From: Octopus bimaculoides
Lineage: Eukaryota
Assembly (NCBI RefSeq): GCF_001194135.2
Contig: NC_069003.1
Span: forward strand, 36,172,240 to 36,216,614
Length of the DNA: 44,375 bases
Direction of reading: 5' to 3'
The translations under genes and the position numbers were made by a program. The notes under the pieces were generated by a model. It did not search any database. It saw only the letters and a program-made list of their open reading frames with translations, and was not told the origin of the DNA. Shown piece by piece: positions 11,165-22,571 of the stretch (positions are counted from its first letter, which is position 1; each line of letters begins with the position of its first letter).

Positions 11165-11358
11165 GTGTGGCTGACCCCTAGGGGTGGATGTTACTGTTGC
11201 TTTTAGCCCCAGGAGGACATCTCCTCCAGCTGGCTTATCGACACACGACTGTGTCCTGTTTGCCAAGGGAAGTTATCCCTCTCACCTCGATCAGCAGCAC
11301 GAACGTATCCGGATTTCAGGGTTATTTCCCTTCGTCGGCGTTCGACAGCTGATGACCT
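11165..11358 (-). mobile_element. Hammerhead-bearing interspersed repeat (Penelope-like/retrozyme-like)
   Basis: Non-coding GC-richer island between TA microsatellites that contains the HHR fold at 11300-11344. Confidence 0.5.
11300..11344 (-). ncRNA. Minimal type I hammerhead ribozyme motif (U4C variant)
   Basis: Minus strand: CGAACG-CCGACGA-AGGG-AAATAA-CCCT-GAA-ATCCGGAT-A-CGTTCG. Stem I 6 bp perfect, stem II 4 bp, palindromic stem III, AUA cleavage triplet. Confidence 0.75.
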
Positions 11359-11394
<36 letters not shown>

Positions 11395-11399
11395 TAGGC

Positions 11400-11441
<42 letters not shown>

Positions 11442-11643
11442 GCATATATGTGACATTTTTGTAAGGCAAAGGACCAGCAGATAGCTACAGTCCATATGTC
11501 GGTTGATCAACATATAGAGCATACCTACACACACACAAACACACACACACATATGTATACATATATATGTGTATATATGCGTATGTATGTGTGTGAGTAT
11601 GTATACATACACAGGTATAAATATAAATACATATATACATGCA

Positions 11644-11727
<84 letters not shown>

Positions 11728-12106
11728 CATATATACAATCTTACATACATGCGCACAGAGATAACGTGTGTGTGTGTGCGCGCGCGCGATAATGTTGCGT
11801 GTATTTTTTATGTATATTTGTGTAGAAAATGTAATACGTATGTTTTTATATGCGCAATGTGTGTGTGTGTGTGTATGAGTATGTTGGTGCATGGTGTAAC
11901 GTGTATCATATACACACTTGTGTGCAGTGTGTATGTGTGTGCTTAACAAATTGTATGTCTGTATACATGTATGTATATTCATAATTATTTGTGTGTATGT
12001 GTGTGTATGTATATTATACCCGCCCTTATATATGCGTATGTATACGTGTGTACATGTATTTGTGTGTGTATGCGTGTGTGCGTATGTGTGTGTGTGTGTG
12101 TGTGTA

Positions 12107-12150
<44 letters not shown>

Positions 12151-12267
12151 GATGTGTGTGTGTGTGTGTGTTTGTATGTGTGCCAGTGTGTGTATTACAT
12201 CAGTTATCATCAAGGCCTGTGTATATATATATATGTACATGTATTTGCGTGCGTGTGCTTGTATATG

Positions 12268-12308
<41 letters not shown>

Positions 12309-12335
12309 GTGTGTGTGTGTGTGTGCGTGTGTGTT
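11358..12335. repeat. Compound TA/CA/GA dinucleotide microsatellite field
   Basis: Direct reading. Source of the YIYI/CVCV/HTHT ORFs. Confidence 0.97.
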
Positions 12336-12819
12336 TTTGTTTTCAATGGAAATCAGGGCGAACAGGCGACATTGANNNNNNNNNNNNNNNNNNNNNNNNN
12401 NNNNNNNNNNNNNNNNNNNNNNNNNNNNNNNNNNNNNNNNNNNNNNNNNNNNNNNNNNNNNNNNNNNNNNNNNNNNNNNNNNNNNNNNNNNNNNNNNNNN
12501 NNNNNNNNNNNNNNNNNNNNNNNNNNNNNNNNNNNNNNNNNNNNNNNNNNNNNNNNNNNNNNNNNNNNNNNNNNNNNNNNNNNNNNNNNNNNNNNNNNNN
12601 NNNNNNNNNNNNNNNNNNNNNNNNNNNNNNNNNNNNNNNNNNNNNNNNNNNNNNNNNNNNNNNNNNNNNNNNNNNNNNNNNNNNNNNNNNNNNNNNNNNN
12701 NNNNNNNNNNNNNNNNNNNNNNNNNNNNNNNNNNNNNNNNNNNNNNNNNNNNNNNNNNNNNNNNNNNNNNNNNAGTGATTGTAGGGAGAGGGGAAGAGTA
12801 GCAGAAACAGTAGAATCCG

Positions 12820-13310
12820 TTGGTGGCGGTGGCGGAATCACTATAGTAATCCAGTTGGAGGTGGCGGTGGTGGTGGTGATGGTGGTGGTGGTGGTAGTGG
12901 TGGTTTATTTAATGTTGTTGTTGTTGTTCTCGGTGGTGATGTTACTGATGGTGATGATGTTGGTACTACATAGCTGGTAATGATGGTGGTGGTGGTGGTG
13001 TTCATTGTAAACCGGCTGTTATAGACAAGTTGTTCATGATGATGATGATGATGATGGTGGTGGTATTAATAGTTGATAGAAGGGTGGTGCGATGAGGGGG
13101 TGGGATGTGACAATTGTGGCGTCAACTATAGTAGTAATAGTAGTAGTAATTGTGGTGGCGGTGGTGGTGGTGGTGGTGAAGCAGATATTTATAGATCGTG
13201 TTGACAGTGGAGGTGGCGGCGATGCTTCTATTAATGGTTTGGTGCTGATGCCGATGGTGATGATGATGATGATGATGATGATGATGGTAGTGATGATGCT
13301 GTTGCTGCTG
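12820..13310. repeat. (GGT)n/(GAT)n/(GTT)n trinucleotide mosaic
   Basis: Direct reading. Confidence 0.95.
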
Positions 13311-13381
13311 AATATGGCGTGTGTGGGTGGGAAAGTGGGGTGGGTGGGTATTAATGGTTTCCAGTGTTACGGAGGGAGGGG

Positions 13382-14180
13382 NNNNNNNNNNNNNNNNNNN
13401 NNNNNNNNNNNNNNNNNNNNNNNNNNNNNNNNNNNNNNNNNNNNNNNNNNNNNNNNNNNNNNNNNNNNNNNNNNNNNNNNNNNNNNNNNNNNNNNNNNNN
13501 NNNNNNNNNNNNNNNNNNNNNNNNNNNNNNNNNNNNNNNNNNNNNNNNNNNNNNNNNNNNNNNNNNNNNNNNNNNNNNNNNNNNNNNNNNNNNNNNNNNN
13601 NNNNNNNNNNNNNNNNNNNNNNNNNNNNNNNNNNNNNNNNNNNNNNNNNNNNNNNNNNNNNNNNNNNNNNNNNNNNNNNNNNNNNNNNNNNNNNNNNNNN
13701 NNNNNNNNNNNNNNNNNNNNNNNNNNNNNNNNNNNNNNNNNNNNNNNNNNNNNNNNNNNNNNNNNNNNNNNNNNNNNNNNNNNNNNNNNNNNNNNNNNNN
13801 NNNNNNNNNNNNNNNNNNNNNNNNNNNNNNNNNNNNNNNNNNNNNNNNNNNNNNNNNNNNNNNNNNNNNNNNNNNNNNNNNNNNNNNNNNNNNNNNNNNN
13901 NNNNNNNNNNNNNNNNNNNNNNNNNNNNNNNNNNNNNNNNNNNNNNNNNNNNNNNNNNNNNNNNNNNNNNNNNNNNNNNNNNNNNNNNNNNNNNNNNNNN
14001 NNNNNNNNNNNNNNNNNNNNNNNNNNNNNNNNNNNNNNNNNNNNNNNNNNNNNNNNNNNNNNNNNNNNNNNNNNNNNNNNNNNNNNNNNNNNNNNNNNNN
14101 NNNNNNNNNNNNNNNNNNNNNNNNNNNNNNNNNNNNNNNNNNNNNNNNNNNNNNNNNNNNNNNNNNNNNNNNNNNNNNNT
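13382..14180. other. Assembly gap (N run)
   Basis: 799 N. Confidence 1.
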
Positions 14181-14222
14181 ATATATATTGTTAACGCTTG
14201 TTTTCATGTTTAATTATAATCA

Positions 14223-14257
14223 CTGACGATGTCTTAAGAGGCCGAAACTTCGAGGTC
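14223..14257 (+). ncRNA. Minimal hammerhead-like motif, copy 1 of an inverted pair
   Basis: CTGACGA-T-GTCTT-AAG-AGGCC-GAA-ACTTCGAGGT-C: intact core, near-palindromic stem III and GUC triplet. Stem I is imperfect. Confidence 0.6.
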
Positions 14258-14563
14258 ACTATGAATAATATTCTTGTTTAAGAATGATATAAACTCACAC
14301 CGTTTCACACTGGCACCTCATGCGTATCCGTGCACTTCTCCACGCACAAACGGTTCCCGCCCTCTGCAACAACACAAGAAGCCTCCGGGGCCTTGGGATT
14401 CGGGTTATCATCTCAAAATTTAAGAGTCTGTCGCAGGATTTATTTTTTTAAAAGACAGATGGCGACAAACAGTCAAGGTCCCTAACACCGGTTGAGCTCC
14501 TCTCTTATACAGCATGTCTACACATAAACACATGTATGTATATCTTAGTGTCTGTATACACAC

Positions 14564-14627
<64 letters not shown>

Positions 14628-14727
14628 GTTCTAGACATGTTCCACACACCCTACAAGCATATACACACGATAATTAACATTATACGATCACACTCTCATC
14701 TTAAAAGGTCTAATATTCTTTATATAA

Positions 14728-14782
14728 TGGCGGTGCCCCAGCATGGCCACAGCTCATGAGCTGAAACTATGAAAAATGAAAA
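14728..14782 (+). mobile_element. SINE family A 3' end
   Basis: ggcggtgccccagcatggccacagctcatgagctgaaact matches 10510-10548. Confidence 0.75.
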
Positions 14783-15359
14783 AAAAATATATGTAAACGA
14801 AAAAATAAACCAGTTAGTCACGGCTGGAGTACCTTTGATGACTAGTTCTGAAAACTGACCTGAGGCTAAACACAATAATCGCACACACACACACACACGC
14901 TAAACCCCCCCCCCCCATCACCACCACTGTTATACGAACGTTTACATACACAGTAGTAGTAGTAGTAGTAGNNNNNNNNNNATTACTATTATTACATAGT
15001 GCATCTTGGAATACATTATTCAAAGAGTTTTCTCTGAACCCCGCTCCCCCCCCCCGGCTGTCTGATTTAAGGGACATTAGGCTGCTATCTCTTACAACAG
15101 GTCGATTGAGCACGTGTTAGCAGAAGTGGGTGTGTTCACGGTAGTAGCGGTGGTGGTGGTGATGGCTGGCCCCAGGCCGGCTCCCGTCCAGCAGACTTTA
15201 TGATCAGAGACACTCCACTTGCCATGACCATCCAGTGTATTTTTATATCTCCATGTCAATCCTATATTAATGCTTGTTGTTATGTTCGGTTATTCTAATA
15301 AAAAACAATTTTACATTAATCCGATGGGTTACTCCGAGCTTTTGTAGCGGACAAATTCA

Positions 15360-15424
15360 TTATTCTTAAACAAGAATATTATTGACAGTGACTTCGAAGT
15401 GTCGGTCAGCTAAGCCATCGTTTA
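15360..15424 (-). mobile_element. Second, inverted copy of the hammerhead-bearing repeat at 14223-14287 (core mutated)
   Basis: Reverse complement TAAACGA-T-GGCTTAGCTGACC-GAC-ACTTCGAAGT-C-ACTGTCAATAATATTCTTGTTTAAGAAT versus ...C-ACTATGAATAATATTCTTGTTTAAGAAT in copy 1. Confidence 0.7.
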
Positions 15425-15544
15425 TCTTTATATATTTCCGGACAATGGACATGAGTTAAAATAATAAAGAACAGTAATAAACGAGTAAAGAAAACAATAT
15501 ATTCAGTGCGAGTGTTTATTTGGCAACAAAAACGACCGTCCCGA

Positions 15545-15970
15545 AATACAACCATATATATATATTTATATACACATATACACACACACACATATATATA
15601 ATATAAATAATATATATATATGCATATGTGGGCACAAGACATATATATATATATATATATATGTATANNNNNNNNNNNNNNNNNNNNNNNNNNNNNNNNN
15701 NNNNNNNNNNNNNNNNNNNNNNNNNNNNNNNNNNNNNNNNNNNNNNNNNNNNNNNNNNNNNNNNNNNNNNNNNNNNNNNNNNNNNNNNNNNNNNNNNNNN
15801 NNNNNNNNNNNNNNNNNNNNNNNNNNNNNNNNNNNNNNNNNNNNNNNNNNNNNNNNNNNNNNNNNNNNNNNNNNNNNNNNNNNNNNNNNNNNNNNNNNNN
15901 NNNNNNNNNNNNNNNNNNNNNNNNNNNNNNNNNNNNNNNNNNNNNNNNNNNNNNNNNNNNNNNNNNNNNN

Positions 15971-16006
<36 letters not shown>

Positions 16007-16080
16007 CATATATATATGTATATACACACATATATATACATACATATATACATGTATGTGTGTATGTATGTGTATACGTA
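15545..16080. repeat. TA/CA microsatellite with internal gap
   Basis: Direct reading. Confidence 0.95.
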
Positions 16081-16269
16081 ATTTGCCTGCTATTTCTAGC
16101 AAAGTCTGAGAGGCTTCTCCGGAATGTAATTGTTTAGCCGCAGGACAAAAGAAACAGTCTCCTCGCCAGACCTAATGCACCGATGATCCAAACACATCTC
16201 AAGCATGACCTCCCGCCCCTCCTCTCTGTTTTTACTTACAATTAAGATCTTTATATATCACGTCAAGTC

Positions 16270-16380
16270 TTTCGATTACTTAAGAATGGAAGGGAGGGAG
16301 TTGAGGAGAATTTAGCTGTTGTTTCTAGCAGACTGGACCACAAACGAGAGTCGATTCCTCGTTGACTAATCTATTATTGG
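16270..16380 (+). repeat. Repeat family C fragment
   Basis: gagaatttagctgttgtttctagcag matches the reverse complement of 36187-36206 (ctagaaatagcagctaaat). Confidence 0.55.
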
Positions 16381-17000
16381 TGCTAATGGTGGTGGTGACT
16401 GTTATGATGCCTATGATGATGGTGGTGATGGTGGTGGTGGTGGTGGCGGAGAGTTTCTAATTGGAAAGCGTTTGTTCTAAGGATTGTAATGTGGTGGTGG
16501 GGGAGGGAGTAGTGTTGATGCGTTCTAATGGGAGGGAGGGGGTACGGTGGTGGTGTTTGTGGTGGTGGTGTCGGGGGGAAAAAAATAGTTTCCTCCCTCC
16601 CCCTCACCCTTTCTCCCTCCTGCGCCGCCGTCGCCTTCTTAAGCAACTAACTGTTACCGATACATGACCGCAACCGCCACCACCACTTCCACCACACCCC
16701 CCGCCTCCTCTGCCTGCATTCCACCTCATCAATCCACCCCACACTCCTCCCCCTCCTCTTCCTTCCTATCACCACCACCGCTACTACTACTACTACTACT
16801 ACTACTAATAATAATAATAATAATCATAATAATGTATAACTCCCACGCTATATCGTACTTGATGCAACACGCGCATACACATACACATACACAGAGAAAT
16901 ACACACACACATGCACATGCATGTAACAAACTAACATTTCAGATGTCATACACCAAAACATACGACTATATATAGTCTCAACCTTGCACATATATATACA

Positions 17001-17046
<46 letters not shown>

Positions 17047-17224
17047 TACACTCATACATACAGACATACAGACATATGTGTGTGTGCATATATATGTATA
17101 TATGTATGTATATATGTATATATATATATATAGATGTATATTCATATATATATATATATATGTATGTGTATGTGTGTGTCAATATATATATATATATATA
17201 TATATACCGTTGACTGAACACTAT

Positions 17225-17390
17225 TCAATTTTTTTTCTCCGTGTTTTTCTCCTTGTCTCCGTATTCTTTCTGTTGAAGAGCGTAGCTCGAAACGTCAAAG
17301 ACTTTCCGTATTCCCGAGCGTCATACTAATATATACTTTTGTTATTTACACCACCTGTCCTCGTCTGTTGTTATTTTTTGTATATTCTCC
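17225..17390 (+). mobile_element. Penelope-like terminal repeat with a minimal hammerhead-like motif (17265-17301)
   Basis: TCTTT-CTG-TTGAAGA-G-CGTAGCT-C-GAAA-CGTC-AAAGA; embedded between TA runs. Confidence 0.6.
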
Positions 17391-17582
17391 CATATATATA
17401 TATATATATATATAGATATACATGTATATGTCTGTCGGTCTCTTTTTAAGATAGATAAAAAGAGATGGCAAGGAACAGATATGTATGTGTCTGCATGTAT
17501 GTATATATATATATATTTTGTGTCTATGTTTGCACGCGTGTATTTGTGTGTGCATGTGTATCTGTGTATGCGTACATGCTCT

Positions 17583-17636
<54 letters not shown>

Positions 17637-17927
17637 GTACACGCCTATATATATGTATATGTCTATATACATATATGTTCATACATACGTATACGTATCC
17701 GTACACGCAAACGCGCATGCACACACACACTCTTCATGAACGGAGGATTTTATACAGTTTAATCTGTGCATCCATATTTCACGTCTATTTCTACAGGTTT
17801 TACCTGTGTGAGTGTGTATGTACGTAAGCATGTATGTGTGTGTGTATGTATGTTTGTGTGTGTGTGTGTTTGTGTGTGTATGTATGTATGTGTGTTAATA
17901 GAATATTACAGCTAATTAGATTACATA

Positions 17928-18091
17928 CAGTGGCACAGCTAGAGAATGTGCCGCCCGGGCCACCCGCAGAATTCGCCTCCCAACCCCTTCATTACTAATC
18001 TCCTATGCTGGCATAAACAATAAAAGCCAAAAGTGCCGCCCGGGGCTCGCGGAGCTCCTCCACATCGACCCCATCCCTAGCTACGGCACAA
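17928..18091. mobile_element. Short non-autonomous DNA transposon (MITE)
   Basis: Imperfect TIRs CAGTGGCACAGCTAG / CTAGCTACGGCAC (10 of 13 matched) and an internal direct repeat GTGCCGCCCGGG at 17948 and 18033. Confidence 0.6.
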
Positions 18092-18139
18092 CCGGAAGTA
18101 TGAGTGGCCATGCTGACTAGACCTCAATATTTATTTTTC

Positions 18140-18378
18140 TAAAGTCTGGTACTTATTCAATTTGATCCTTTTGCCGAACTGCTAGGTTACTGGCACCTGA
18201 AAACACCAGCACCGTTTATCAAGCGGTGGTGGCGAACAGACACAGGCACAAGACACACACACACACATATACATACTGGACAGGCTTCCACACAATTTCC
18301 GCGTACTAAATTCACTGACAAGGTATTAGTCGGCCCAGGGTTACAGTAAAAGATTGAACACGAACCACGTGGCTGCAA
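18140..18378 (-). mobile_element. SINE family A, diverged copy
   Basis: gtacttattc..ttttgccgaactgctaggttac..acaccagcacc..tcaagcg..acaagg..gtcggccc is the reverse complement of the 10155 copy. Confidence 0.8.
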
Positions 18379-18469
18379 AACTAGGTTCGTACCCAGATTG
18401 TTTGTATGTATTCCTCTGGGGTCACCACGAAGTTAACAATGGGGTGGCTGATTAGCAGACGACAGGACG

Positions 18470-19200
18470 ATGGAAAGGAGTCTGGAGCTGTGCGGAACAG
18501 ATCTTCATCTCAAGAAAGATATCTTTAAGGAAGTGAAGCAACACTGCCAAAGTCTACGAATTATACAGAAAGGTTCTAAGAAGACTTTTAATTTTGTTCC
18601 TACGGTTTGCCAAGATCGAACTGCTACAGTCTCTGTCATGAAAGGACAACGACGTGGTCCACAGAGTAAGAGATAAGAATCGAAGCTACCACTACAGTCA
18701 TTCCCAGAATTAGGTTATCGACAGGAATATTCCCGGTCGCCAACTTGTTTCCGTTCTGAGCCGTGAACTCCGTTGTCAGCCTTGTTAAGGAAATGCCAAG
18801 GTTAGATGATAGAATATGCAAAAGAGAGCAGAAATTAATGCCACCCACGCTTTTTATTGCCGATGGCCTTAAATTGTATTCGAGTTGTATTAACGAAACG
18901 CTGAGAAGTAATTAGAACTGGTCTCAACATTCTCACGAGACAGAAATTGAGTTTGGGAAGAAAACCAGTTCCAATTTGCTACTCAAACAAGGAAAGGGCG
19001 TTGATTAAATGGAGAATATAGATATTAATGGTCTATCTATCGCTTGTTCGCTGTCTCCAATGAAGAATGCTGCAAAATCTTAGAAATGGCGAGAATATTG
19101 CATGCGTTGATGAGAGAGTAAAGTTAGAATGACAAAAGACTGCTTCAGCAGACTTTGGAAAGTAGAGAAGAGTCAGAACTGTCGGCCATTCCGTAAGACC
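18470..19200 (+). mobile_element. R4/Dong-like RT relic (heavily frameshifted)
   Basis: Pieces GVWSCAEQIFI, KDIFKEVKQ, SKKTFNFVP, IRLSTGIFP and LFIADGLKLY..EIEFGKK..LLLKQGK follow RT domain order. Confidence 0.65.
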
Positions 19201-19249
19201 ATTTGCCACAAAGCGTTCACAGTGTCAGGCCAAGATGACTTTTGACTAA

Positions 19250-19477
19250 CAATATTCTTTTCTACTCTTGGCACAAGGCCCGAAATTTGGGGGAAGGGGG
19301 CCAGTCGATTAGATCGACCCCAGTACGCAACTGGTACTTAATATATCGACCTCGAAAGGATGAAAGGCAAAGTCGACCTCGGCGGAATTTGAACTCAGAA
19401 TGTAGTAAAGACAGACGAAATACCGCTAAGCATTTCGCCCGGTGTACTACCGTTTCTGCCATCTCCTCGCCGCCTTT
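19250..19477 (-). mobile_element. Near full-length tRNA-derived SINE family B
   Basis: Minus-strand head aaggcggcgaggagatggcagaaacgg...gttctgagttcaaattccgccgaggtcgac (B-box-like GAGTTCAAATTCC). Matches four other copies. Confidence 0.88.
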
Positions 19478-21663
19478 GCGCTCAGACAATATTAGAAGGA
19501 GAGACGAGTTGGTCTGTCTCCTCAATAACCTCACTCTATTAACAAACCAGTCGTTCTCTCCAGCTCCATCTCTCNNNNNNNNNNNNNNNNNNNNNNNNNN
19601 NNNNNNNNNNNNNNNNNNNNNNNNNNNNNNNNNNNNNNNNNNNNNNNNNNNNNNNNNNNNNNNNNNNNNNNNNNNNNNNNNNNNNNNNNNNNNNNNNNNN
19701 NNNNNNNNNNNNNNNNNNNNNNNNNNNNNNNNNNNNNNNNNNNNNNNNNNNNNNNNNNNNNNNNNNNNNNNNNNNNNNNNNNNNNNNNNNNNNNNNNNNN
19801 NNNNNNNNNNNNNNNNNNNNNNNNNNNNNNNNNNNNNNNNNNNNNNNNNNNNNNNNNNNNNNNNNNNNNNNNNNNNNNNNNATATATATATACATACATA
19901 TATACATACATACATACATACATACATACATACATACATACAATCCCCATTTAACGCTCTTTCGTTTAACGTCATTTCTTTCAATAATTAATGACAAGAA
20001 AAACAATAAACCGAAACACTGCAAAAAGCAAAACAAAATCGAAGGTGAACTACGGCTGTCTTTGGTAAATTCTTCTTAGATTTTATATTTTCGTTCTTAC
20101 TTTGTTTTTCAATTACGCTTTAAGTTCAGCTAAAATTAAAAAAAAAAAACTAAATGAGATCAGAAAATGATGAGTGGAGATAAGAAGCATTTTACTTCTT
20201 TATTTCACGTTCGTCATTTACGATACAATCTTCATACGTCTAGCGTTGTCTTCATGGAATTCTCACTCCTTTAAGGTATGGCACTGTTTTAAAATATAAA
20301 ATAAAGAAAAGTAGAGTGGAAGAACGAAATTGTGTTTAATTTTAACAAATACAAATTAATAACGAAGCAACGTCTGTTTGATGTTTATTAATCCATTTAA
20401 AATTCTCACATGTAAGTTCATATTTTTCGTGCACCGAGTTGGATATGTCTCCTTTCGGTTTTCCACTAACAAGTTGTCATTCTGTTAGCATTCTAGGCAT
20501 GCCATTTAATGGGAAATTAAAGTAAATTGGTGCAAAAAAATACATAAAATAACAGAAGTATATACGAGTACGTACAACTTAGAACAAAGCGGTGAAGCTG
20601 GTAACTGCTACGGAGCCTGCGTCATTCAAAACGAGGCTGTTTTTGGCATTGTTTGATTCTGAAGTGATAAACGATCGGAGAATCTCCTTACAATTTTCGA
20701 TTTGTATCAATTTATTCTTTGATTTATACTTGCTGTGATGATGGTCAAATGTGCACTGTGCACCACTGCTGCTTCTGAACATAAGGACAGATAAAGTGCA
20801 ATCTTAGGAACTAAATCAAAGGCTTTACAAATCTTCGACGATCGACAGCGAGGTCGAGACCTTGGAAAAGCTCTCCTTCCTCAATCAACAACTGGACAAT
20901 TTTAAAATAAGGCCGAAGGAACTGAAGAATGGAAGCTTCGGCTCCAAGAGTAGGCCCTTTATCTAATCGATGGTCATCCCTTTTTGTAGTAACCTACGTA
21001 GTAAGTACACATGTATAACAGCATTCGTGTGTGCGTGTGTGTGTGTGTGTGTTTAGAGAGAGATAGACAGACAGACAGATAGATAGGTAGAGAGATAGAT
21101 ATACATATATGTAAATGCATATATACATATACATGTCTATATATATATATAAATGTGTGTGTGTGCGTGAGTGTGTCGTACATAATGATATATATAATAT
21201 ATCGTACATAATATGATATATATACAATATAAGTACATAATATATGATATATATATAACATACGTAGCTACGTACATAAAAAGAGTGAGCTAAGGGACAT
21301 AACCGAAAGCAGCCAATTGAGAATCCATTTCAAAGAAAATTAAATTTGAATGCTTCGGGGAAAATGTTGATGTTTATTACGAGGAAAGGTGAATTGAATA
21401 AATAATTATAAAACATATTGACAGACATTACTTTTATTTGTCCAACACGCACACACGCACACACACTCACACACACACACACGCGTATCAGTGGGTCTTA
21501 ATCTATTTGTTTGATTTTTAAGATGGCGACCAAAAATNNNNNNNNNNNNNNNNNNNNNNNNNNNNNNNNNNNNNNNNNNNNNNNNNNNNNNNNNNNNNNN
21601 NNNNNNNNNATTTCTCGTGAAAAAATATAAATTGTTTTCATTTTCTATAGATGGCCGTTGTTG

Positions 21664-21695
<32 letters not shown>

Positions 21696-22538
21696 GGTGG
21701 CGGTGGTAGTGGTGGTGGTTGTGGTATATTTAATATAGGGGTAAATATAGTGAGTAATTTAATATTTAATGAAGAAAGAAAAACTGATTCAATACCGTAA
21801 AGCAGGAAAATGGCGAACGACTTCGCCGTAACTCTGCGAAAATATTGAAAATATATTTGATTGCTTAGAAAACAGAATCTGCAATTGTGAATGGTCAATT
21901 AATTTTACAATGATGGCGATGTATTCGATTTATGTTTTAAAGATATTTCTTTTTTAAAAATAGATATTGATAAACCCCAGGAAAATTGTAACATGGCCTT
22001 GTACACAATTGTAACATGGCCTCTCGGTTGTCGTTTAATAGCTTCACATTACAATAAAATTATGTTCAATATCGCGTAAAGCCACCAGGATTTTGTAATA
22101 TCATATAACAACTACTATGGCACCGATCGAAAATGACGGGGTTTATTTCCATCGCCTTTCACTAATCCGCCACAATTTTGCTTCAGCCTTGCGCCGTTTT
22201 GTTTTTCGCTTTTGTCCTATCTTCCTTCAGTTATTTGTTTATATTTTCTTATCTCAATACACACCGTCTTCCAATTATTCTCACTGATTCCCACCTCACA
22301 CAACATATTTCTTCTTTATCTCTCGCCCTCCCTCTCCCCATATCTTGATATATATATATATATATATATANNNNNNNNNNNNNNNNNNNNNNNNNNNNNN
22401 NNNNNNNNNNNNNNNNNNNNNNNNNNNNNNNNNNNNNNNNNNNNNNNNNNNNNNNNNNNNNNNNNNNNNNNNNNNNNNNNNNNNNNNNNNNNNNNNNNNN
22501 NNNNNNNNNNNNNNNNNNNNNNNNNNNNNNNNNNNNNN

Positions 22539-22571
<33 letters not shown>

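Noticed and set aside
20580-20910. Faint similarity to a hAT/Buster transposase (NKAVKLV..KTRLFLAL; TLEKLSFLNQQL)
   Set aside because: Too few matching residues across frameshifts to support by eye.
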